Shown here: positions 20,590-33,559 of the stretch, one piece after another
How positions within the stretch are numbered: position 1 is the first letter of the stretch
How the letters are laid out: the number at the start of each line of letters is the position of its first letter
Assembly: GCF_000181795.1 (NCBI RefSeq)
Contig: NW_003526943.1
Coordinates: 6,602,122 to 6,666,121, forward strand
Direction of reading: 5' to 3'
Length of the DNA stretch: 64,000 nt
From: Trichinella spiralis
Lineage: Eukaryota
Made by a program: the position numbers and the translations under genes
The notes under the pieces: model-generated
Seen by the model: the letters and a program-made list of their open reading frames with translations, nothing else
What the model was told of the DNA's origin: nothing
Databases searched by the model: none

Positions 20590-22645
20590 TGGTGACGCAT
20601 GAGCAGTAAGAAAGATTTTGCTGAAAGTTGTGGGTTTGTCGTTTGTTTGGAAGATTGCCTTTAGTGTGTTTTGTTTGGTTGTGCTATATTGAGTTATTCA
20701 CCGCCCCATTGACCGCCGGCGATTGAAGTTGCGAAATCCAGCCGAAATGCTACGAATTTTATCACCACTGAAGCAGAGGAATACAGAATCAACCCGTCAA
20801 ACAGTTCCACTGAAGGGACTGAGACCCTGGGCGTTTATGATAGATTAAACGTCAACTGAAGCCCTTCCACCCGTTATTGAAACATTTCCGAGGTCACACC
20901 GTCCAAGTGTTAGGTGCGGCATTCCTTACGGTCGAATACGGCTTTTTCAACAGGCCACTGCATGCTTTGGTCGTTAAGGGAAGGCGGTATAGTCTGCTGG
21001 GAAGGAACTGGTTCGAACCATTGGACATTCGATTGGTGAGAATGCACAACGTGACGCCAAATTCAATAGAAAACCTGATTGAAGAGTACGCCGAATTGTT
21101 CTCCAGCACCCTAGATACCGTGAAGGGACCACCAGTGGTACTCCATATTGGCGGATCAGTACCACTGATACAGAAAAGCGCCCGACGAGTGCCATTGGCA
21201 CTCGGGTTCGTATATTTGAGGAATTGGAGCGCCTAGTGGAGCAGGACATTTTAGAGCCTGTCCAGCATACTGCATGGATCACGCCGATTGTGCTGGTAAT
21301 CAAAGACGACGGTAGCATGAGAATTTATGGCAAGTGTACCGTGAACAAAGCGTTGCAGAAAGTTCTCTATCAAGTATCTGCTGTTAATGATATCTTGGCT
21401 ACCTTAAAGAAAGGAAGAATTTTCGCGAAATTGGATTTGACACGGGCGTATCAACAATTGCTGGTCGATGAAGCCTCGGCTGAGCTGCAAACGATTATAA
21501 CGCACAATAGAGCCTTTAAATCATGGTCGTATCGAATGGCTTGTTACAAAGCCTTTGATTTATTACGAACCAACTTCACATGAGATGGTAATACTGTTTG
21601 GTCAACTTGCTTAGGGTGTTTTTGCCACACCAGTAAAGGAGCAGGATAATCGTCTTTCTCTTTGGCTGTCGGTGATGAGTGTATGCTGTTAATACGCATT
21701 TTGGACCACATAATTTGTAATAGATGAGTTCATACTTCTTTCTCTAGAATACTGTAACCGATTGATGAATTTAATCATCATGACTTTGACTATACACAAG
21801 AAGATTCAGCTCGACTTTTATGATGAATGGATGATATTGAGATGTAACGCAATCTATAACATAATGTGAGAAGAATGGTCGAATGAAGAGAAGGAATTCT
21901 TTGTACAGCTTGATGTTATGAGTGAAATATCTAGTTGCTTGGAACTGTCACAGTGAGCTAGAGCTAGTGTCGTCCTTGTCACTACTGGCGAAGAAGAGCA
22001 CGATAACGCGAGCAAGCATGTATATGAATATTTGACTCAATTACTTCGATATAGTCAGTTTGTGATCTGGCGCATCTTATTATGCAGGATGCATACATAC
22101 AAACTGATGCATGCATTGAGTGTTTCAAAACAGCTTCGACATTTGGATGCCTTGTCCGCACAGACGAGTATAATACACTTCAACTATTGCAGAGCCTTTA
22201 AATCGAAATGACTGCAGTTCGATATCGCCTCAGCCTTTAACGGAGATTTATGGACACATTTATCGATTGGGTAATAGCATATATTTGACCCTGCCAAACA
22301 AGATGTGAAGAAATACAAGAGGTCATGTGTGTGGCATCCACACAGATGTACAAAATAGATATTAAAGATCGTCGATGGGGAAAAGCAACACCAAGTGTAC
22401 CAATGAGCGTGGCGCGTTACGCCTTAAATGCACAACATCCAGTTTGGATCCTCCGCTAAATGAACTTTGTTATCGTCGCATGACCTTATCTAGGGAAGAA
22501 CTGCATGGCCAGGTCATGTGTCACCACTGACATTGTTAATTTTCTTTGTACATCAATTTACCAAGTACTGTATGTATATTATATTATTAGTTTTCACTAA
22601 TTTCATCGTGTGTATTGTTGTCTGTCAAATAAATCTACCGTTACA
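20590..22645 (+). mobile_element. Degenerate Ty3/gypsy LTR retrotransposon (protease-RT remnant, probable 3' LTR)
   Basis: Frameshifted pol fragments LLGRNWF, ERLVEQDILEPVQHTAWITPIVLVIKDDGSMRI, FAKLDLTRAYQQL, resuming after about 22205 as LQFDIASA. Purine tract TAGGGAAGAA at 22491 precedes a TG...AATAAA...CA segment (22502-22645). The 5' boundary is uncertain. Confidence 0.8.
21523..22190. other. Unidentified ~668 bp insertion in the gypsy RT, flanked by 14-bp direct repeats
   Basis: AGAGCCTTTAAATC occurs at 21509-21522 and 22191-22204. RT homology stops at the first copy and resumes after the second. Confidence 0.75.
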
Positions 22646-23193
22646 ATATTTTTTTTTCTTTTGATTACATTTTCAGCTGCAGACGAGTATAAATACATCA
22701 GTGAGTGCGCAAAAATGCAGCAGTGATAAAGTAAATACAAAGAATTATACAATGATAGCTTATATATATAACAATACGTAAAAAGAACAACGTGACAAAT
22801 TTTCGACTTATTTCTCTTGTCTTTTATTCTTTGACATTTCTTTTATTCTTTTATTCTTTGACATTTGTTCGATATAAAGTTATTAAGGAAATCTGTCATC
22901 GTGTTTTGGTATTTGAGAAATTACGTTTTGCATTGACTGCTGAAGTATGTTTTATTGTTTTTATCAACTTAAGCGTAGATTGCAATTGAAATAACTTGAA
23001 AATCTTTAGCAACAGTATGAAAGTAAAGTTAGAATAAAATTTTTTGAGGTTATAATTAAATTTTACGTTTTCATTCACCGCGGTTTATCTTGCATTTATT
23101 CAATTTTTATTTAATGGACAACTTATGGTTCAATGATACGATGTATCACATTTCTATTTGCTTTCAGGTGGTTTTTTTATATTAGCATTTTAA

Positions 23194-26100
23194 ATGGGCG
23201 CTCTTGAGGATGGTTACTTTGGCGTTTGCTCCTTCATGAGCCGCACGAACTGCTGCTCAGGAGAATGCGGACCAAATGGCTTGCCTCTTACACCACCATC
23301 AATAGCAATTATTGGTCGATTCCAGTTTTTGACATCTTTACGGCATCCAAATCTTTGTCAATATTTGGACATTCAGCGTGGAAAATTTGGTAATAATAAA
23401 ATATGTTATTTTTTGATTATTCGATAAAGCAACTACAATTTAACATATATTTTGATAAATTTTTTATTTCTGTTTCAAAGTGTTACAGAGTGAGGAAGCT
23501 GTTGAACAATTTGACATTTTTTGTATAGAAAGTTGATATGATTTTGAAATGACTGATATGCATTTTTTTATCTAGATCGTATTTTTGTCATCTCTGAACA
23601 TTACTGCAAATGTGTACATGATGTCGTGAATGAGAATAAACGCAAAAGGTTAGCTTTGAAGTGAACGTATGAAATGTAAAGTATGTTTTGTTTCAGATTT
23701 GAATTACTTCCAAAAATTGCTTATGAAACTCTATCTGCTTTGCAATATTTGCACAACTGTCAGATTTGTCATCGCTATTTGTCCGGTGAAAACGTTCTCA
23801 TCAATGAAAAAGTAAGCGAATTTTCATTGCTATTTTTGGCAATTGAAGTTCTGTATTTTGATTTGAAATATTTTGCACTATTTTGTATAAAGTAAAAATT
23901 ATTTTAAACCGTTTCATTGCTCGTTAACAGGGAACAGTTCGCTTGTCAAATTATGGTCTTTATTACATGACAGACAGTGGCAGAAATGTGCCTTTTGATA
24001 TTCAGTATGTTTAAAATGAGATGTTTTTTTTCTGAAAATATTTAGGCTTTTTGTAGGCATGCAGTGTACTCAGCACCTGAAGTTTATGTATCGGATATGA
24101 ATTGTCAGCCTACAGGTCCAAAAGGTGACATATGGTCAGTTGGTTTGATGCTTTTAGAATTAGTATTGGTATGGATAATAAATGCATTTTCTTTTGGTTA
24201 AATTCCAGATAATTTTCAATTTCAGGGATTTGTTTTGTTTCACACGAAACTATCAAAACCTCAGTCTCTTCTCCGATTTTGGCTTAATCTTATCAGTAAA
24301 TTATTGCTTTGGTGATTCAGTTTCCATATTTACAGTTATACTTTAGGGAAGGAGCCTGTGCTTGATTCTTTATTATTACATTTTCAAGAATCAACAAAAT
24401 GGATATCTGAGAATGAGGTGTGTGCATTTTTATTATTAAAAAATTGGAATTTTATTATTTTTGTAATTACTCTATTTAAGTAAACTGCTTTAGATAAGAA
24501 AAAAATACACTTGCTTTAAATGTACTTGCTTTAATTGCTAGTTATGCCATGTAAATATTATTCTTTCGATTTTGACTAAAATTTGTGACCTTTAATGAAT
24601 TTTAGGATCCAAATTTAGCTGATATCCTACAATTGATTTCGAATTCCTTGACTTTGAAGCCTTCAGCTCGGTATGTGATTGTTGTATTTTTTGTTTTACA
24701 ATATACAAATTTTGTTCACTGATATATTTATTGCAGTATGGAAAAGTCATATTTTCTTTCTAAATAGAAAACGTTTAATTGCGAAACTAATATTGTTACT
24801 TTTTCCTTACAGACCTTCGGCTGAAGAACTTCTAGAATTTTCAATATTTAACAAATTTTCTATAGTATGTTATTATTTATGGCGTCATGATTAATATTTA
24901 ATTAATGGAGCTGTGATCTTATTGTTGCTAGAACGAAACTCCGCCTTGCTTGGGAAACGTTTTTTTCGCCGGTCATTTTTCAAAAACTGAAAAATTGAAT
25001 AGCATGGTCGACTTAAGTAATCAAGAAAAAAATATTTATATATTTCTTATGTGAAATTTTCTTTGCTTAAGATTACATGCGATTTTCACAAGAACCATTC
25101 CGATTGAGGCCAGTTGAAGAAATATATTTTTTATGGAAATTATCCGGCAGTACAGCAGAAGCCACATTGTCCAAGAAGAAAATTATCCAACATCTGCCAC
25201 CTCTGCTTTGTCTTCCTGAGTAATTTTGTTTTTCAAAATTATTAAATAATAATAATAATAATAAATTGTTGGTTAGTGTGATATTTTATGATTTTCAAAT
25301 GGTTGGCCATGAAAAAGAGCGTGTTCAAATTGTCGATTTGAAAATATATCCGCTGACAATGAACAATTTAATTAACGTAAGTGTAAAGGAAAGAAAATGG
25401 CAAAAGTGATTTTTATCTTTTTGCAGAAATTGTCATCATTGAATTGCTTCTTCTATTGGCCTCTTTTTGAAACTGAGTTAATTTTTCCATTTTTACAGTA
25501 ATTAAATTTGTATTCATTTTTGAAAATTGTATTCTATTATCTGCAGATTGCCGGGGTTGGATGAAAGTTTCCAATTTGCTAATCCAGGAATTGAACACTT
25601 GGCTGTCGTTGTCAAAGAAAAAGATGTCATTTATCAGGTCGAATATACACAAATTTCCATTTATTCAGTTTCTGTATTATGTAAAATTTTTTTATTATTG
25701 AAATTGTTTTAATGAATAAAGTTTAGTTGCGTCGGATGGCAGTACTGCACCGTTGTTTAGAAGCATTTCCATACACGAAAGACAAGCTTGTTGTTGAAGC
25801 CAGATCAGATGTACCTCCTCTGTATCGTGGATACATTTGGACTGCGTTGCTCGATGTGCCCTGCACTATTGATTACAAGTATGCAAGTATTGATAAAGAA
25901 AGTCCAACGGCTGCAGATCGTCAGGTTTTGCTGATTGTTGATTAATTAATCTAGTGTCATGTTAATTTGTTTAACTGTAAATTGCATTCCACATTTGATG
26001 CTTTGATTTGCAGATTGAGGTGGATATACCTCGATGTCACCAGTACGATGAATTACTCTCATCCCCTACAGCTCATGAGAAATTTAAAAGAATAATCAAA

Positions 26101-27744
26101 GCATGGATTGTTTCTCACCCCCATTACGTCTATTGGCAAGGATTGGACTCCTTGTGTGCACCATTTTTGCATCTCAATTTTTCCAACGAATGTTTGTTTT
26201 TATTTTTTTCTTTGTTACATTAAAAGAAAAAGAAATAATAATGCCATTAAAATTGTTTTTTAGCATTAGCTTATGGATGCTTAAGTTCTTTCATTGATAA
26301 TTTTCTCAAAGACTTTTTTCTCAAAGACAATTCAGAAGTGATGCAAGGTTAATGATGAGAATTGTTTTATTTTTTGCAATTGTTTGACGTTTTCATTTCA
26401 GAATATCTTGGAGTTTTCAAAATGCTAATTGCCTTTTACAACGCTAAACTGTACAATCACTTGTCGAAGGTAAATTTCCAACCAGAGGTATGTTGCAATT
26501 GAGCTTTGGATTTCCAAATTCAACAAAAAAAATACTTTCATTTGATTTAGCTTTATGCCATACCATGGTTTTTGACAATGTTCGCACGTGAGTGAAATTT
26601 TCTTTCAGTTTACTATTGGAAAATTAAATCGGTTGCATTTAGATGTATTGCCATTGCATAAATTGTTTCACGTTTGGGATGTGCTTTTGCTTGGTGGCAA
26701 CGCTTTTCCACTCTGCATTGGAGCTGCTGTGCTGTGCGATATGGAAGATCGTCTTTTGCACTGTGAATTCAACGAATGCATTATTTTATTTTCAGATGTT
26801 CCAGGTAGTTAATTTGAATTGTTGTTGTCGTGTTTATTATAATTTTTTAAAATAAATATCCAAATGAATAATTTAAGAGTATAATATAAAACGCTATTCT
26901 AAATAAAAAAATTGTGCATTGATATCATATTTTGTGTATTTCTTATATAGATGTCAATCATTCTATTGTTAATTGGGAATAGATTATTTGTTAATTTGTT
27001 TTAGAAATTAATGTGGAAAATTGCCTGAAGAAAGCACTAGAAATTTACCAATTAGCACCGAAGACGTTGCTTTATCAGCGTCGATTATCCGCTGTTTTTG
27101 TTAATGGAAAATCGAATTGCAGATTGGATCCGTTTAGTTTCACTCTTCAAGTGGGCACTCAGTTGGTATGGTGGTTGAGCAGAAAAACATTATCATCAGT
27201 GATTCAGTCGATTGTTGATTTTAGGGTTTGCATTTAGAGGAAGTGGACAGTGACAGCGTTGCACCGTGTCCAGAAATTTGTGCCGAAGAGATGCTTTTTC
27301 TGTCTGAAAGAAAAAAAAATGACGTTAACAATTCATTGATCATTGTTGATATCCGTGATAAAGAAGAGTATGCAGATGAATAGTTTTTTCGTTTATATTT
27401 TAAAACTTTTACAATTACTTTTTTTTCAGTTTTGACCATTATTCTATTCCTGGGAGTATTAATATTCCTTACAATTCCGCTTTCGAAGATGGCAATTTTC
27501 TTTTGCCATCAATGTTGAAAAATCTACTAAACAAGCATTATTACATGACAGTGATTGTTGGAAGTGGGTATGATTTGAAAGCAAGACAGGTGCAATTGAA
27601 AAGATAGTTTGTTTAAAGTTGAAACTTTTACAATTTTGCTAATTTTAATTTCAGTTCACATTGTTGCTCGTTGGTCTGAACTATTCGAGAATTTGCTTGT
27701 TGCACAGAGGCATTGAAGTGCTGTGGGAGAGAAAGAATTCGTAA
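23194..27744 (+). CDS. TBCK: TBC domain-containing kinase-like protein (pseudokinase + TBC + rhodanese), many exons
   Basis: [133 protein letters not shown]. Confidence 0.94.
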
Positions 27745-27989
27745 TATTTCAAAATCCTTTTCAAATCAGCCAGTATTTTAATAGTGGTTCAGATTATTAT
27801 TGAAATTGTTGAGCTGTGAATTTCGCTATATTACTCATGTCTTCTGTGAATATGTTAATTTGTTCAGTATTATTTTTGTTTTCAATTTGAATGATTTGAA
27901 ATTAAAAGTTTGAATTGTTTGTTGTGCATCTTGTGTTTCGCTGAATTTCATAAATTATTCAAAGATCAACTGTATTTTTGTCCCAGTCA

Positions 27990-28470
27990 TGTATTTTTTG
28001 ATATTTTTGGCTTTGTTTTCTGTGGTATCTGTGGTGGCTGTTTGTTGATCAAAGCAAAACACTGATGCTCCAACTTCGTGACCCCTGGATATTGCCATTC
28101 TTGATAGCAGATCTTTTCGAGTTTTACGTAACGTTCCCACAACACTTGTTCTGTTGGCCAACAGATCTTCAACTAATTATACGTTGGTGAAAAAGTTGTT
28201 CATTATGATGTCTCTTCTTTTTCCACACCAGGGTAGAAGAACTAAGCGCTTCACAAGAGCGGCCGTATTCACTGGTGCTCTCTGGCCTGGTTGTTTACCT
28301 ACGTTAAATTCACTCGCCGGGGAGTATGGGATTTTCGTATCACAGTACCAAAATATCTTTATGCTGCACTGTCCAGGCTTTAATGGGAAGTGTTGACGAA
28401 ATGGTGCTTCGTCCAAATGTTGGCACCAGCTGCTCATCAGCGATTAAAGAAACGGAAGGCTTGTGCTGCT
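27990..28470 (-). mobile_element. piggyBac transposase remnant
   Basis: PFRQHFPLKPGQCSIKIFWYCD, LVKRLVLLPW..RDIIMNNFFT*..VVGTLRKTR are decayed versions of the piggyBac DDD-domain motifs KPxKYGIK, DNFFTS and GTxRKNR; contains an in-frame stop. Confidence 0.8.
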
Positions 28471-28704
28471 ATTTCAAATTTGTCTAGAAGCATAACGTAT
28501 AAAAAAACGTGAATCAACATAAGAGTTGTTTTTTTCACATTTTTTGCTACGTAAAGACTTAACAATTATTTTAATTAATTGATTTTTGATTAAAAAGATA
28601 TAAACTAGCTTAATACAATGTGTTTAGAAAAATTTACAAAGAATTGAGATTATTCAACTGCTTTGCACGTGGAGAGTCATCTCAGGAAAAAGCTATTGTA
28701 CAGT

Positions 28705-28706
<2 letters not shown>

Positions 28707-28762
<56 letters not shown>
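28707..28762. repeat. (TA)n microsatellite, about 28 units
   Basis: Uninterrupted TA run. Confidence 0.97.
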
Positions 28763-28765
<3 letters not shown>

Positions 28766-29641
28766 GTTGAAGTGAAAAATAATAGTGCCTTATGTAAATA
28801 TAAATAAATATATATATGTTGCTAAAAGGTTAATGTTGCTTAAATTAGATTTCATGGGAACTTTGAAAAGCCAGAGTGACAGTAATGTCACTTTTAACTG
28901 GCTTAAGTCCTTTACTGAACAGAATTCAACAGATTGAAGGGATCTTTCCTGCAGCTAGAGAAGTATTAAACAGCTAATAACAATGCAGCTGATGCTGTCA
29001 CTTTTTGAAGCAAACTAGAGAATGCGAATTATGGTGGAATGGACCAAAAGAAGGTTTGAAAGTAATTCAAAAAAATCAGAATTACCTTCAAAAAATGATT
29101 ACGGTGTTTTTTTATAATGGGAAAAGAAAAATAAAAGAAAGAGGCACGAAATGATTGACAGTAGGATAAAGATTTTAAAACAATTTGAATCAATAATTTA
29201 TAAAAATTTGAATGTTGAAACATTCTATCACATTGTACTGTAATGCGGTTTACGTTTAGAGCAAAGGAGAATTGCAAAAAATGGATGCCATTTCACTGAC
29301 TGACGAAGTAATTATAGCAAACAACTTTTGGTTTCGATCAGGGCAGTAATTGATGCTTGAGAAAGGGGTGCTGAGAAAAAAGAAATCTTTGTCGTATTGG
29401 TTTTCCTTGTCTAATTGCTCATTGATTCAAACTCTTCAGTTGTGATTAAGATTTGACGGTCCAATAAAATAGCGTGGGTAAAGACCAATGAGAGAAAAGC
29501 GGGACCGAGTAGTACCAAACCCTTGAGAAATATTCATGCAATTAATATTTTTCATAGTCGTTTAAATACAATCCTGCAAAGTCCTTTGTCATAATAAGGA
29601 AGCTCAACGGCTTGGTCACATCAGCAGAACACTGAGTAGTG

Positions 29642-30925
29642 CAGTGTTTCTCAACCAGGAGGGCGTAGGAAAGTTCCAAAGAGAGATTGTGGGAAGTAAG
29701 AAATTTTGGTCCTGCAGAGGTGCTCGAAATTCAATTTGGTCTACTTCCGGCTAAATGTTTGCCCCCTTTTCTTTCTGGTCATCTTAGTTTTAGCTTAACA
29801 GCTTCTGTTGTGCACAATTTATCATTTCCTATTATAAAATCGCTTATCAGAATTCAACCTTTTTAATGAGACGTGAATAATTTCTGACAGAGGCCTATGC
29901 ATCATATTCATCAAACTCATAGAACAAGACCGTGCTTTGTCTAAATGACTTAAACAAGTAAGGCGGTGAAAAATTCACCTGAAGTTGATCATCACATTTT
30001 TTTATTCTTTCCTTCATTCACCATCGCGGCAACACTAATTTTTGCTGTCATATGTAGGCATATTTTCTGTTTATTTATTTCAGTTAACCTGACATATCTT
30101 GCAGATATTTTTGGAGCACTGAATTCACTGAATTTGAAACTTTAAGGGGCAAACGCAAATGGGATAGTTCACAACGATATTGTTCAAAGCTTTATTGCCA
30201 AAATTTCTTCATGGTTAAAATAAGTTCAATTAAAAAATTTTACACGGCTCTCAAGACTCAACGAGCGTTTCAATGATAAATGTCTTAGCAAATATTTAAA
30301 AAGAAAAATGAAAGCGCACCTTACAAGACTACAATATGAATTTTTCACTATTTTCCTGACGTAGAACCTGAAAACCTGATCTATATACTTGTGAGAAATT
30401 CATCATTAGTTAATGTCGAACAACTTCCACACGATCTTCAAGAAGTAGCCATTGAATCACAATTCAACGTCCTAGCTAAAGATAGCTTTGAAGGTATGCC
30501 TTAGAAAGCATTTTGGTAAAATTGCAAGTTGAATATTCTAAAATAATTTCACAAATCTTACGTATATTGGTTCCCTTCTCCACAGCGCACTTTTGTGAAA
30601 CGGGATTCATAGGGCTCATGACACTTAATATGCAGCATCGCAACAGGCTAAACGTTGAATGCGACTTCCGTCGTACCTTATTGCCCACTTCTCGAAGAAT
30701 ACACAACATCGTCACAAATAAGTATTGTCAATACTCTCATTAATTTTTATTTTGAATCATTCAGGAATGGTTCACTGTAAAAACTAGTTAGCTTGATGCA
30801 GCCATGAAGCAAAGATTTGCACTGCGTACACAGAACACATACACCACTACTTTTCTTATAGGGGGGCATTAACTGTACAACTTTTATTAAGGGGGGGGGG
30901 AGCAGACACGGGCTGAGAACCACTG
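29642..30925 (+). mobile_element. Internally deleted hAT (Buster/Charlie-type) DNA transposon
   Basis: TIRs CAGTGTTTCTCAACC (29642) and GGCTGAGAACCACTG (ends 30925). Decayed 8-bp TSD GAGTAGTG / GACTACTG with central TA. Transposase relics LTYLADIFGALNSLNLKL and LRILVPFSTAHFCETGF..HRNRLNVE (dimerisation domain). Confidence 0.88.
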
Positions 30926-32493
30926 GACTACTGTCACCACTACATCAAATTAAAAAGCTAAGTATGCCAAAAATAAGCACGTCTTTATTTACAATTTACA
31001 ATAAAAATAAGAGCTGTTTAAAAAATAAGGAAGCGCATTGCACCATGAGCTTCTGTTTTGCTTTCATCGATTCAGAAAGTCAATAAAGCACACCACCTTC
31101 ATCAAGGCAAGCTCTAACCACCTCTCAGGGATTCAATTATTTTCATTTTCATACGTGAAACAAGCCGTTCAATGCATTGTGTTTCCGATTTTAGTAAAAT
31201 TATTGACATGCAACGTAGATTTTTTCTTATAACATATCCAAACTCATTTAAAAATATAGGAAAATTTTCTGTAATAATTACAATTTTATTTATCATAAAT
31301 GAATTCACGTTATACACAGCATGCTGCAAGATTAATATTTGCTTCATATGCTAAAACAGTTCTTGTTTGTTTTAACCTTCAAAGATGTTTGTGATTTGGA
31401 AAGGAAAATATGCAACATTTCCTATTTGAATTTTGCAGCCGTCAGTGTTTATGCATATGCATGAGTAACTGCAGAAACTGCAGTTACGGAAGATAATAAA
31501 GTTTTCAAAAATTACAAATTGTATTTTCTTTACATTTGTTATTCGAATTTTCCAGAATTTTTAATTTTCATGAAATGTTTTTCCAGTATGTGAAATGTGG
31601 TTTTTGCGGATGGCACAAGAGCCAAATAAAATTCATTTATACCATATCTTTTACATCAGAACTTTTGTTTGAAAAAAATACATGCAATTATTTAAATAAA
31701 TGATTAATAATATTTACTAAATTATCATAAATAGCTTTGAAAGTGAATAAATCACATTCTCTAAAATAGGGAAATGCAGTGTACAATGAAGATTCGTCAT
31801 CGTTTCATCGAATCATAAAAAAATAATAATAATAGTAATAACAATAATAATGAACACGATACTCCCATGAAGCCCAACTTTCATGCTGGCTGATGAAAAA
31901 ATTTGAAATAATTTTGAATGAAAAAGTTATTAAAATAAATTGCTCATAATGCATTTATTTGCACTGAAAAAGCAGCACTGCCATGGTCAGTCGAGCATGC
32001 AGAAATAGTCAAAAAATATTTTCCAAGACCACATTGTTGTGTAATACAAAAATTTAATTTGTTCAAATTTAAAAAATATTTTCAACAATTTTGTTTAACA
32101 AAATATATTTTTCATTGCATTTTACAAAGCTTTTTATGAAATAATAGAGTTGTTCATGTATTAAGATGTTTGTTATTTTGATTATGACGTCAAGAGATCT
32201 AGATTTTTTAGTTCTTCTAACTTTAAATATTGAGCTAATTACGTTTTCAAAGTAGGATTTTTACTGTTCAATCTTAAACATACTAAATGCAGCATATGAC
32301 TTCATTTTGATTAAGCAATTGTTTATTAAGTAAATGTGAAATGCAGATGATGCCACAATTTAAAATTAAACAAAAATGCGACAATTGTTTGAACATATTT
32401 TATCAATGCAAATAAATGAAAATGACTTTGAATGAATTTCCACATATATATATTCCACTTGTGAAATGAATTATCAAAATTGAACAGAGAAAA

Positions 32494-33266
32494 ATGTATT
32501 ATTTCTTGCTGCTTCTTTTAATCACAGGCGTGAGTACTTTTTTCATAAGCTTTATTTTGCTCATTTTTATTCAATAGTGAGTGAACAGAAATAATGAACC
32601 ACTCTTGCTAAATAAAAAATTTATAAATATTCAAAAATGAGCAACTGTTACAGTAATAGCAATTTTTGTTTTTTCAGGTAAATGCCAGTGGGAGTCACAG
32701 AAGCTTTTTAGATGCAGAATATGCTTGGCTTCTTCAAAATAATCAAGCAATGATAGAACCAAACGCAAGAAGTGGAGATATTCCGGAAAGTGTAATAGTT
32801 CTGGAACCGCGAGTGGTTCCTTCAAATGTTGTCCCAGCACCACCAAGGGAATTTCAAAACAGAGCTGAAAAGGTAAAGGCATAAATTAACATTATTACGT
32901 CGTTTCATTATATATCATTATATATTATTATATTTTTGAAAAAATGCATATCATTTATAATACCATTTTCATCTTCCTTCTGCAGATAGAGTTATTGGTT
33001 ATCTGAATTTGTAATGATATAAAAACACCAACTACGCATGTTTCATATGGTAAATCATATTATAGGAGACTGTGACACATAGTCCTGATGGTGACTTCAC
33101 TGACGCAGAATACAAATGGCTCCTTGAAAATGGGAAATTGATAACAGAAGACCAAGTGCGTGATCATATGGACATTCCGGATTCCATACTTATCCGTCCA
33201 AGGAGAAACATTACCGAAGATGTGATACCTGTACCACCTGCAAGATATCAGCAACGTGAAAAGTGA
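32494..33266 (+). CDS. Small putative secreted protein with two internal ~60-aa repeats, copy 1 (143 aa)
   Basis: Exons 32494-32529, 32678-32872, 33066-33266 with phase-0 GT-AG introns. Signal-peptide-like MYYFLLLLLITGVNA; repeats DAEYAWLLQN..DIPESV..VVPAPPREFQ and DAEYKWLLEN..DIPDSI..VIPVPPARYQ. Confidence 0.8.
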
Positions 33267-33559
33267 TAATGCCTTTTGATGATAATTCGCCCTCAATTAA
33301 ACAAGACGACACGGAACGGTGACGTAATAATCCTATATTGAAAATGTTTTGAAATTGTGCAACATTGAATGTGAAAATTTTTTTTCCTTACAGTAAATCT
33401 TTTTCCCACCAGAAAACTTGCAAAAAAATTGAAATTCGAAAAAATACAGAATAATTTCCTTAAAGAGATTAAAAAGTGATTCAAACAAATGTAAAATATG
33501 ATAATAACAATATTCACACAATTGAGTTTCAAAAAATAAAATGATAATAATAATAATAA

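Noticed and set aside
31290..31650. Conserved block at the start of both duplicates (also 37060-37440) as a further gene
   Set aside because: Every frame I tried has stops in one or both copies; possibly an old relic but not supportable.
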